NCBI GenBank assembly: GCA_964514975.1
Contig: CAZESS010000007.1
Location: 8,028-72,027, forward strand
Length of the DNA: 64,000 nucleotides
Reading direction: 5' to 3'
DNA from: an uncultured Thermoplasmatales archaeon
GTDB lineage: Archaea > Thermoplasmatota > E2 > UBA202 > DSCA01
Below the pieces are notes generated by a model. The model did not search any database, was not told the DNA's origin, and saw only the letters and a list, made by a program, of their open reading frames with translations. The position numbers and the translations under genes are program-made. Below, piece after piece: positions 27,721-36,261 of this stretch (position 1 is its first letter; the number at the start of each line of letters is the position of its first letter).

Positions 27721-28662
27721 CTATTCCAGGCCGAGCTGGGGGATATGCGCCAGGTACTGCTTCCGCAGGTCCTCGTGGTCGATGTGGTTGTAGAGGTCGA
27801 TGGCGCCCTTGGGCGAGTCACCGCGAAGCTCCGCCACATACTCCCGGGACATCCCCGCGCGGAACAAATGCGTGGTGAACCAGTGACGGAAACAATGCGG
27901 CGAGAAATGATCCTCTAATCGATCGGAGTTTGTGTCATAGATGCCATATTTTTTCGCCCATTTCACGATGCTCCTGTAGACGCCGTTGCGATGCAAGCGG
28001 CCGCCGTACTGGTTGAGGAAGATCGCCTGGCTGCCACCATCAAGCTTGCTCCTGAGGTGCAGCCACCGCTGCAGCACCCTGGCGCATTCATCGTCAAAAT
28101 AGACAAGGAGGTTGCTCCGCTTCCGTGTCGGATGCAGCCTCACACGCCGAATATCCCAGTCGATGTCGTCCATGTTGAGGGCGAGCATCTCGCCGCGTCG
28201 GATGCCTGTCTTCGCCAGCAATACCGCGATCGCGCGGTCACGGGGATTCATGATCGAGGTGACATAGCCCGCCATCTCAGGCACGCTGATCAGCATCCTT
28301 TGTGCCTGCCGGCCGTCATCGCTCTTGTATTGTTTGAGATATCGCTTGCGGATAGCCGGAACGGGATTCTGGTCTGCCTTGTCGGTGTAGACGAGGTAGT
28401 CGTAGAAGCTGTTGAGTGCCGTGAAATAGTATTTCACGCGTTTCGTGCAGTTATCCCGCTCCTCACGGAGATACCGGATAAACGACAGCAACGTTTCGCG
28501 GTCTGGCTCCAGGACCTCGCCGCCCTCTCGTTCGAGATAGTCGAGATAAATGGTGACCATGCCATGATAGTTGCGGATGGTCTCATGGGTAAGATTCATG
28601 GCCTCCAGGTCCTTGTGGTAGTGCTTGCTGAGCTGCTGATGGCTTAGCCGTTCCATCGCCAT
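27721..28662 (-). CDS. Tyrosine recombinase/integrase (XerC/D-like, LRGD variant)
   Basis: SAM-like N-terminal domain; TGIRRGE (R), HCFRH (HxxR), ELRGDS in place of LLGH, DLYNH (catalytic Y). Confidence 0.93.
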   Translation of the reverse strand: MAMERLSHQQLSKHYHKDLEAMNLTHETIRNYHGMVTIYLDYLEREGGEVLEPDRETLLSFIRYLREERDNCTKRVKYYFTALNSFYDYLVYTDKADQNPVPAIRKRYLKQYKSDDGRQAQRMLISVPEMAGYVTSIMNPRDRAIAVLLAKTGIRRGEMLALNMDDIDWDIRRVRLHPTRKRSNLLVYFDDECARVLQRWLHLRSKLDGGSQAIFLNQYGGRLHRNGVYRSIVKWAKKYGIYDTNSDRLEDHFSPHCFRHWFTTHLFRAGMSREYVAELRGDSPKGAIDLYNHIDHEDLRKQYLAHIPQLGLE

Positions 28663-29204
28663 CCCTCCCCTGTCGGCTCCAACAGGCCATAATCTTCCAG
28701 CTGCGCAATCTGCCGGTGGATGGCCTTGACGGTATCTGTGTCCTGCGGGCTGACATCGAGATGGTCGAGCAGCCGGTCGCTCTTCACCGATTGTTTTCGC
28801 TTGAACAGGTCGATGAGCTCCTTGTCATACCGACGGAGGCCCTTGTATCCGTCCTGCTGAAAGGGCTGCTGCCGATACCCCTTCAATTCGTCTTCCAGCC
28901 GCTCATAGGCTTTTTGGAGAATGTCGTAGTCTTTTTGGAGTTCCTTGCTGTGCTGCTCCAGCTCCCTGACATGTTCGACGAGCTCGCCGCGTGGCGTATA
29001 GTCGCTGTCATCCTCCCGCAACGAATTCTCGACATGCTCAACGACAAATTTGGAGATGGAGACACCAGCCTCGTCGGCACGCTGCTTCCATTCCTCGGTC
29101 ATCTCCAGCGATGGCAGATAGACGTAGATGGCCCGCTGCTTGATGGTCTCCGTCTTCCCCTGTCCACCCTGTCCACCCTGTCCATCGTGTTGCTTCTTGC
29201 TCAT
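28644..29204 (-). CDS. Integrase-associated regulator (RHH-like N-terminus, coiled coil, winged-helix C-terminus)
   Basis: IYVYLPS..EEWKQRADEAGVSISKFVVEHV; heptad segment; QLEDYGLLEPTGEGWRW. Overlaps the integrase start. Confidence 0.75.
   Translation of the reverse strand: MSKKQHDGQGGQGGQGKTETIKQRAIYVYLPSLEMTEEWKQRADEAGVSISKFVVEHVENSLREDDSDYTPRGELVEHVRELEQHSKELQKDYDILQKAYERLEDELKGYRQQPFQQDGYKGLRRYDKELIDLFKRKQSVKSDRLLDHLDVSPQDTDTVKAIHRQIAQLEDYGLLEPTGEGWRWNG
29158..29184. repeat. 9-bp coding tandem repeat (GQG x3)
   Basis: CCCTGTCCA three times. Confidence 0.8.
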
Positions 29205-29249
29205 ACCCCCATAACAGCACCTACAATAAAAGGTTTACTAGTAAAATGA

Positions 29250-29370
29250 TGCGGGCGCCGGGATTCGAACCCGGGCGACAAGCTGTTTCCCCAATTTTTC
29301 CGTCCACGCTTTGTGCGGAGCAGAAAGGATGGATGGGAAGCTTGTATCCTAACCCCTAGATCACGCCCGC
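29250..29370 (-). tRNA. tRNA-Gly(CCC) with 49-nt intron at 37/38 (29285-29333)
   Basis: GCGGGCG acceptor stem, CAAGC/GCTTG anticodon stem, GGTTCGAATCC T-arm. Canonical BHB: TTCC/GGAA helix, CA^T and AC^A bulges. CCA not encoded. Confidence 0.93.
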
Positions 29371-29449
29371 GCATGATGTATATCCCCGGATATTTTAAAA
29401 ATATATGGGACATATCCACACGAAGGATAAGCATATCTGGCTGGCAGGG

Positions 29450-29968
29450 TCAGGGTCGATGGCTGATGCATCGCGCCGGCAGCGGAACAGAATCATCGGT
29501 GGCATTGTCCCATTGTTCCCGGAACAGTTCATACTGGACGGTCCAGCGGTCGCCAGTTCCGGTGTTGTTGCTTGTAAAGGTGACGTTGGCGATGTGCGCC
29601 GTGACGGTCACGTTGTCGCCCGCGTGGTACTGCTGGGTGATGTCTCCCTGGAAGGCAAGACCGCCGCGCAGCGGGTCGGATGAGTTGACAGACCTGAACT
29701 TGATGAGGGTTCTGTTCTGCTCGGCTGTTGTGTTGAAGGTGATGATGTCTATGGTGTCGTTGATGATGACGGTGTCTCCTTCATCGAGCGATGTGAGCCA
29801 TATGTATGCTGTTTTGTTGGCGGTATCTTTCGCCTGCCTGTAATGGTCAAGGTATGCCTGCATCGTCATCGTCGCTGCCGTCGGCTGACTTGCATCTTCA
29901 TTGGTGAGGCATCCCGCCGTGGCCGCGATAACGCAGAATATGACACCTATTGTAGCAAGGCGATACAT
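29450..29968 (-). CDS. Secreted lipoprotein-like protein
   Basis: MYRLATIGVIFCVIAATAGC (hydrophobic signal plus AGC lipobox); many NxT/S sequons. Confidence 0.75.
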   Translation of the reverse strand: MYRLATIGVIFCVIAATAGCLTNEDASQPTAATMTMQAYLDHYRQAKDTANKTAYIWLTSLDEGDTVIINDTIDIITFNTTAEQNRTLIKFRSVNSSDPLRGGLAFQGDITQQYHAGDNVTVTAHIANVTFTSNNTGTGDRWTVQYELFREQWDNATDDSVPLPARCISHRP

Positions 29969-30212
29969 GGCGTAGAACCAACAGGGCGTCTTTTTTATAT
30001 ATTTCCGTAACAGTCGCTGTGTCTGGCATGGCGGAGAGAGTCCATGAAATTGGTTTTGGTCGGGTGGACCGTGGGTGTTCCTGTCTGTCATGTGCACGGA
30101 AAAACATGGCATGTTTGCTGCCGTCATACCTATTTCGAAAACTGGTATCCGGGAAATGGCAGAGTGCGGGCACGATTCCCTTTGAGGCCTGTTTTCCCGG
30201 TAGGGAATTTGA

Positions 30213-30312
30213 TGGGCCCGCCGAGATTTGAACTCGGGTCAATGGCATTTTCTAATCCTTCACAGATAGGATTACCCGAAGCCACAAGGATTCCAAACTA
30301 CCCCACGGGCCC
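30213..30312 (-). tRNA. tRNA-Pro(CGG) with 27-nt intron at 37/38 (30248-30274)
   Basis: GGGCCCG acceptor stem, GTGGC/GCCAT anticodon stem, AGTTCAAATCT T-arm; relaxed BHB with AATCC/GGATT outer helix. Confidence 0.92.
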
Positions 30313-30326
30313 AGATGAATGTGCGG

Positions 30327-31583
30327 CTATGTTTTTGTTTTGTCGGCTGCTTGAGCGTGGCTCTGGCTGCTGGTGTTGCGGCCGGGGAGAACGCTGAAGA
30401 TGGTAACGTCGAGCTCTGCTGTCGCGTTGAGGCCAGCCTCGTCGAATGCCTGTATCTGCAGCGTATGTCGCCCGAAGGCCAGGCCCCATGTCCATTCATA
30501 TGGAGCTTCCGATGTATTGTACTGTTTTACGCCGTCGACGGAAAAGATAACGTCGCTGACCGGCGAAGCTGTACCGTCGACCTCCACACTGACAGTTATC
30601 CGCCCGAGGATGATGGTCTTGTCCCGCAGCGATGGTAGAAGCGACCGTCCGAAGAAATGTATGTAGCCCGCGTCCGGGTTGGTTACGTTGACGGTGGGGG
30701 GCCCTTTGTCGATTTTTATATGTGTGGCCTGTACCGTCTCGATGTTGCCTGCGTCGTCAACCGCATAATACTCAAGGCGGTTGTTCCCCTGCTGGCTGAG
30801 GACGAATGTCGTTGAATATGTTTTCCATGTGCCGTTGTTTATGCTGTAGTAGGTCGTGTCGACGCCGGATGTGGCATCGGTTGGCAGCAGTGTTATGCTG
30901 ACGTTGCTGGTGTACCATCCATTTTCTCCCTCGTCCCCGTCGATTGAGATGTTCGTGGTCGGAGCTGTCGTGTCAACGGTGATCTGAGCTGTATCCTCGT
31001 CTGTTAACCCGTCGTCGTCGGTTACGTTCAGCGTCGCATCATAGACGCCATCTTCTGTATAGTTGTGTGTCACAACGGCCGATGTCCCGCTCGTGGTGTC
31101 TCCGTCTCCGAATGCCCAGGCATAGTTTTCGATGGTTCCGTCCGGGTCATATGACTCGGTTCCGTTTAATGTCACCAGGGTATAGTTTACGACCTGGTCG
31201 GGGCCAGCGTCTGCAACCGGGGGCTGACCATGGATGGTGATCTGTTTCGTTCTCGAGTCCGTGGACCAGTTGTAGTCGGTGACCGTCAGCGTGACATTGT
31301 AGGTTCCCTCCTCGTCGTACTGGTGAGTGGGATTTTGAGCTGAGACGTTTTGCGTGCCATCTCCAAAGTTCCATTCCCATATCTGGATGTCGTCGTTGGG
31401 GTCCGTGCTGTCATCGATGAACTGCACCACGGTGTCGGTCGTCAGGTCTTCCCCTGTTGGCTCCCAGTAGAAATCTGCGGTCGGCGGCTGGTTGCCAATT
31501 GCAGCGGACAATGGCACGACAGATGTGACAAGCAAACCGACGATGAGGAAAACAGCGAGAGGTACCTTTTTTTTCATGGACAT
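30327..31583 (-). CDS. Secreted PKD-domain protein with C-terminal Ig-like domains
   Basis: Signal peptide; two PKD motifs (WNFGDG, WAFGDG); GENGWYTSNV Ig module; GYIHFFGR...TIILGRI terminal module. Confidence 0.88.
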   Translation of the reverse strand: MSMKKKVPLAVFLIVGLLVTSVVPLSAAIGNQPPTADFYWEPTGEDLTTDTVVQFIDDSTDPNDDIQIWEWNFGDGTQNVSAQNPTHQYDEEGTYNVTLTVTDYNWSTDSRTKQITIHGQPPVADAGPDQVVNYTLVTLNGTESYDPDGTIENYAWAFGDGDTTSGTSAVVTHNYTEDGVYDATLNVTDDDGLTDEDTAQITVDTTAPTTNISIDGDEGENGWYTSNVSITLLPTDATSGVDTTYYSINNGTWKTYSTTFVLSQQGNNRLEYYAVDDAGNIETVQATHIKIDKGPPTVNVTNPDAGYIHFFGRSLLPSLRDKTIILGRITVSVEVDGTASPVSDVIFSVDGVKQYNTSEAPYEWTWGLAFGRHTLQIQAFDEAGLNATAELDVTIFSVLPGRNTSSQSHAQAADKTKT

Positions 31584-31730
31584 ACTTCCACCTGTTAAAC
31601 AATATATTAAACGAGTTTTTAAGTGTATCGCCTGCGGTCGATGACGGCCTGGTTACCGGGTATCCGTCCGGCTGTAACGGGCTTCAAAATATGTGAGATG
31701 TATCATTACAGCACATAGTAAAGGGATATG

Positions 31731-31770
31731 AAAAAAGGAAAAATGAGGGAAAAGAAGGGAAAAGGGGTGT
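31731..31770 (-). terminator. Pyrimidine-rich archaeal terminator
   Basis: Transcript reads CCCCTTTTCCCTTCTTTTCCC...TTTTTT just after stop 31781; same core at 46034 and 63269. Confidence 0.6.
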
Positions 31771-31780
31771 GTTGTTAGCT

Positions 31781-34700
31781 CTACAGTATCTTCAGGTAGG
31801 CAACGGATGCCACGTTGTTGTTGGCGTTCCCTGCGTTGTCTGCCACGGAGATGGTCAGCGTGTCGCTGCCAACCAGGTACATCGGCATGTGGTACTCGTA
31901 GGGGCTGACCGCGTCTTCCACGGTGCCCTTGCTGGTTTCGAAGGTCACATAGTCGACGCCTGATGTCGCATCGCTTGCGCTTGCACTCGCTGTCAGCGGC
32001 CCGATGATCAGTGCCTTGTCCTTGAACAGGATGCGTGGCATGATGTCGCGGCCGAACAGGTAGATACGTCCTGCCTGTGGCATTTCGAGGTTTGCCGTGG
32101 GGTTGGTCTGGTCTATCTTGAACGAGATCGTCTTGTGTTCCTCTTCGTTGCCGACTGCGTCGACGCTGTAGTATTCCACGGTGTGTTCGCCGTCGTCGCT
32201 GACCGTGAACGGGCTGGAGTAGGTCTGCCATGAGCCGCCGTCGATGCGGTAGTATGTGGTGCCCATCTCTCTGTCTTCGGCGTTCAGCGTGACGGTGACG
32301 TCGCTCACGTACCAGCCGTTTTCGCCGTTGGGTGTCGACGGGCCGAGCACGGCGGTAGTCCTCGGAGCCTCGGTGTCTTCTTTGCCAGTGATGCGCAGGT
32401 CGTCAAGCTGGATGGCTCCCGGCGCAACGGATGCGTCGGAGAGGAGGTGCCAGCGGAGCATGACTTCCTGTCCCGCGTACGCCGTGAGGTCGATACCGTA
32501 GTCGTGGCCCCATGGCAGTATCGCCTGGCTGTCAACCGGATACTGGTCGACCCAGCCGCCGGAGTCGCCGGCGTAGCCGTAGGGTGAGAGCTGGTGCCAG
32601 GTTTCGCCGTCGTCGGTGCTGATTTCGACCATCAGGTGGTCCTGCGGATATGCGTTGCAGTCCATCAGCTGGTAGTCATAGTAGTCGTAGCCCTCTTCGA
32701 TGCTGTAGTTGAGCATGTAGCGGAGGTATGCCTGGTAGACGCCGCTGAGGTCGATGGTGGTCACAATCTTGTCGTTGGCCCTGTTGCGGTAGGTGCCGTA
32801 GCTGCTGTCATAGGCAATCGCGTTGTCCAGACCGGTGTAGCCCAGCCACTTGTTGTAGTTGCTGTAGGTGTAGGGGTCAAAGTTGGCTACCGAGTAATCG
32901 CCGGTGTAGCTGCAGGTGTCGGTGTGGTGCCACATGCTGCCGGTCCACTGCTCGATGTTCAGCCACTTGTCCAGGGTGCCGCTTTCAAAGTCGTCCTCGA
33001 ACAGGGTGGTGTGTGTCCACATCCAGGTGTTGTTGTGGCCGTTCTGCGGGATGGTCTCGTTGACGTAGCTTATGACCTCCACGTTGTCGATGTAGGCGCC
33101 CTTGAACGTGTATGATGCGTCGGTCAGGATGTGGAAGCGGAACGTCATCTCGTCGGTGAGGCCGACATTGACCGGGATGTTGAACAGCCCTGTCACGTCA
33201 TACTGCTTGAACGCGGGGATGTAGTCGGTGCCGTTGAACAGCTCGATGGAGATGTCCTGCCAGACTTCCTGGTTTGCGGCGGAGTTTGTCAGGTTGTTCC
33301 AGGCGGCGACGGTCCACCAGTTGTCGCCGGAGTCGTTGGTCACTTCGAGGGTGAGGTAGTCCCAGGCGTATTCGATTTCGTTCCACAGGTCGAAGTGTAT
33401 CTCGACCGCGGAGTGCTGGCCCCACTTGAACGTCTTGATGTCGCCGTCTTCTGTGGCGGGCACCAGGCAGTCGTCGGCATTCCATTCTGTCTCGCTCTCA
33501 TAGCCTTCGCCGGTGTATGCATACTGGTTGTATGTCCACTCGTCGGGGCTGACACCGTTGTCAACGACCTCCCAGTTGCCGGGGACGCCGAAGGTGTTGT
33601 CATGCGTGCTCCATCCGGTGGGCATTTCGTCCGTGTCATCGAAGTTTTCTTCGTAGAGGCACCGATGGATGTAGGTCATGTCGGAGCGGGCCTCATCGTT
33701 GTACATGTATCCGAGGTCCGGATCTCCCTTGAAGCCGCTGTTCCAGTCATCCTCGACGTTGGTGGTAATCGTGGCCATGTAGTTGCTGTAATCGCAGGCC
33801 TCCCACTCGAGCTCGATGTCGTCCGACTGCTCGCCAGGGGTCAGCACGTCGGTGGTGCCGCTGCTGCTCCAGACGGTCTCGCCGGTAGATACCGAGTAGG
33901 CGTGGATGTCGTCCAGGAAGAAGCCGCCCCAGCCGTCGGGACCCGTATTGATGCTGCCGTCGCTCATAAACGCCCAGAACACGCCGATTTCGCCGGTCAT
34001 CGGAGCGTAGTTGTTCGCGAGGAACCAGCCATTTGCAGCATTATACAGCGAGGTGATCGGTATGCCGTCTTTCACCCAGCCGCCGGACGAGCCACTCTTC
34101 TCGAGGCCGGTGAAGCGAAGGAGCAGCCCTGCGTTCGGGTTGAACACGCCGAACCACATGTTGTCGCCGGTCGCGATGGAGTACTTGTTGAAGTATTCGA
34201 GCTGGACGTTGACATTGTTGGCCAGCTGTGAGGAGACGTCCATCACCGGGGACAGGAGATAGTGGAAGTACGCGTTGTTCGGGTACACGTTGTCGTCGAT
34301 GCCGGTGCCCATTTCCTCGCAGAAGCCCCAGGAATGCGTGCCTGAATGAGCAACGGTGTCGGATACGTGCCAGTATTCCGAGGGTGCCTCACATTCGTTG
34401 TCGAAGTAGCCAGTCTGCCAGTCGCCTTCGCCGTCCTCGACGTCATCCTCTATCAGGTAGTTGATGTACGCCTTTTTGATGTCGACGGTGTAGGGGATCG
34501 CCTCGGCGATGGTTCCCTGGTTGCTGACGTGACCGTTAATCGGCACGGTGACACAGTCGCCGCTCTTCCGTATCTCGGGGGTCGGGATGCTGATGTCATC
34601 GCCCTTTCCGTCATGCCAGTCGCCGAAGTACACGCTCTCGTTGACGCCGTTCAACGGGTCCCAGTACATGTTACCCGTCATCGAGTCAAGTTTCCAGGCG

Positions 34701-35971
34701 CCGTTGTAATCGGCGGCGCCGTCGACGTCGCCGAGCTCGTCGGCGCTGACGGTGTATGCCTCAAAGAAGTATGTAACATCGTCTTTAGGGTCAAAGCCGA
34801 AATGGAACTTGACCTGCGTCTGGAAAGGTGACATGTAGCCGTTCTGAGGGCTCATCTCGGTGGTGTTGTCGAACGCTTCCAGGTGCAGCGGATGGCTCAC
34901 GGGCTTGTACTGCTGGTCGACGAGTTCCTGCGTGGCGCCGCACATGCCTTTCAGGACGAAGTCATCGATGTACCAGCCCTCGTATTCCTTATGCGGGTCT
35001 GATGTCCATGTGAACTTGAACTGGACTGTTTCGTTGGCCTGCGTGAACCCGTTGATGACCCAGCCAATCGGATTGTCCGCTGCATCATAAGCGTATGAGT
35101 TGCCAGCGAACATTTGATACCGGACGTTCTGGCCGTCTGGCGCTCCGCTCACCCATTCACCGAAGCTGTCCTCGTACCGGGCGACGGGCTGCCAGTCTTC
35201 GTCGTCAATGCGGTAGTACACGGTGCCATAATCCTCGAATTTTTCCAGATAATAGGTCATTTCGCCGCGAATCCACTGATTGAAGTCAAACCAGAGGCGG
35301 GTTGGCTTCTCGCCGCCGCACATTTCCGGAATGTCTATTTTTTTGCTGATCAGTTCATCCTCGGAGTTGGCAGCGTATGTGCCGGCCGAGCAGTCTTTGA
35401 CGTTATGCCAGCTGTGCGTGGGTGAAACCGATTTTTCCTCCGTCCGTGCCCAGGTGTTTCCGTCGCCGTCGATGTCGTTGGCTGTCCAGTTGGTGTAGCA
35501 GGATTCCATGTCGTCCTTCCATATCATAAATGGATCGGGCTCGACTTCCTCGTAAACCTGCAATGCTACACGAACGTCACGCGCCACTTCACCCCAGTTG
35601 GTTACCGTGACCACCACGTTCGTTGGCGCTTCGTCATGAGGAACGGTAGGGTCAGGTTGATTGAGATAGGTCACGTCAGTGTCATTGGTGGGCCGACGTG
35701 CCGCGTCACTGTACGGGTCGGTTGCGTCCGTTCCCTTGTACCGGTTGTCCTCGTGCCGTGCATAGTCGGTGGGGTCTTCCGGGTCATAGGGAGGGGTTCC
35801 CGGTTCGCCATATAAGGCTGTCTCGTAATCTATATCACAGGTACCGTTAGTGCCGTCATCACCAGTAGTATGGCCGTCACTGAAACTATTCGCCGGTATG
35901 CCTATCATCGCAAAAGCGACGAGTAGAGAGATTGCCACTTTCAGTCCTTTTCTGCTTGTTTTTGCTTTCAT
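31781..35971 (-). CDS. Large secreted surface protein (1396 aa) with repeated jelly-roll (InhA/MAM/cleaved-adhesin-like) domains
   Basis: Signal peptide; repeats such as DDMES/DDVED/DDFES...L.SP.ID...GWYIDD; C-terminal GENGWY Ig plus GRIYLFGR module. Confidence 0.88.
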   Translation of the reverse strand: MKAKTSRKGLKVAISLLVAFAMIGIPANSFSDGHTTGDDGTNGTCDIDYETALYGEPGTPPYDPEDPTDYARHEDNRYKGTDATDPYSDAARRPTNDTDVTYLNQPDPTVPHDEAPTNVVVTVTNWGEVARDVRVALQVYEEVEPDPFMIWKDDMESCYTNWTANDIDGDGNTWARTEEKSVSPTHSWHNVKDCSAGTYAANSEDELISKKIDIPEMCGGEKPTRLWFDFNQWIRGEMTYYLEKFEDYGTVYYRIDDEDWQPVARYEDSFGEWVSGAPDGQNVRYQMFAGNSYAYDAADNPIGWVINGFTQANETVQFKFTWTSDPHKEYEGWYIDDFVLKGMCGATQELVDQQYKPVSHPLHLEAFDNTTEMSPQNGYMSPFQTQVKFHFGFDPKDDVTYFFEAYTVSADELGDVDGAADYNGAWKLDSMTGNMYWDPLNGVNESVYFGDWHDGKGDDISIPTPEIRKSGDCVTVPINGHVSNQGTIAEAIPYTVDIKKAYINYLIEDDVEDGEGDWQTGYFDNECEAPSEYWHVSDTVAHSGTHSWGFCEEMGTGIDDNVYPNNAYFHYLLSPVMDVSSQLANNVNVQLEYFNKYSIATGDNMWFGVFNPNAGLLLRFTGLEKSGSSGGWVKDGIPITSLYNAANGWFLANNYAPMTGEIGVFWAFMSDGSINTGPDGWGGFFLDDIHAYSVSTGETVWSSSGTTDVLTPGEQSDDIELEWEACDYSNYMATITTNVEDDWNSGFKGDPDLGYMYNDEARSDMTYIHRCLYEENFDDTDEMPTGWSTHDNTFGVPGNWEVVDNGVSPDEWTYNQYAYTGEGYESETEWNADDCLVPATEDGDIKTFKWGQHSAVEIHFDLWNEIEYAWDYLTLEVTNDSGDNWWTVAAWNNLTNSAANQEVWQDISIELFNGTDYIPAFKQYDVTGLFNIPVNVGLTDEMTFRFHILTDASYTFKGAYIDNVEVISYVNETIPQNGHNNTWMWTHTTLFEDDFESGTLDKWLNIEQWTGSMWHHTDTCSYTGDYSVANFDPYTYSNYNKWLGYTGLDNAIAYDSSYGTYRNRANDKIVTTIDLSGVYQAYLRYMLNYSIEEGYDYYDYQLMDCNAYPQDHLMVEISTDDGETWHQLSPYGYAGDSGGWVDQYPVDSQAILPWGHDYGIDLTAYAGQEVMLRWHLLSDASVAPGAIQLDDLRITGKEDTEAPRTTAVLGPSTPNGENGWYVSDVTVTLNAEDREMGTTYYRIDGGSWQTYSSPFTVSDDGEHTVEYYSVDAVGNEEEHKTISFKIDQTNPTANLEMPQAGRIYLFGRDIMPRILFKDKALIIGPLTASASASDATSGVDYVTFETSKGTVEDAVSPYEYHMPMYLVGSDTLTISVADNAGNANNNVASVAYLKIL

Positions 35972-36024
35972 GTTTTGCCTCCAAACCTATATGGGGGAAT
36001 TGGTATATAAATACTTCGGTCGGA
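35961..36024 (-). promoter_or_regulatory. Promoter/5' leader shared with the 3110-aa gene
   Basis: TTTATATACC TATA box and CCATATAGGTTTGGAGGCAAAAC-ATG leader; 35961-35994 identical to 55372-55405. Confidence 0.75.
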
Positions 36025-36261
36025 GGAGCCTGTTTCAACTGATGACACAGGCGCGGAAACGGCTGAAAAAGAGGGAACGAGGGGAAACGGAGCAAAAAAA
36101 TTCGCGTGTCGGCACCCGGTACGTTGCGTCGCACGCGTGCCAGTTCGGCAAACATTCCGCCGCAGCAGGGATGCCCACCGACGGCGCGGTGCTGACATGT
36201 GCATCATGGGCGAATGTATCCTGCCATGAACCATTCGCTGCCGTTCCCGCCGCCGGCATGG

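Larger units (their letters stand above)
1..29249. mobile_element. Integrative element / defence island at tRNA-Gly (left end outside the window)
   Basis: Integrase module begins 45 bp from the tRNA 3' end; much of the cargo is AT-rich relative to host genes on the right; defence genes and IS. No second att copy found in the window. Confidence 0.75.
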
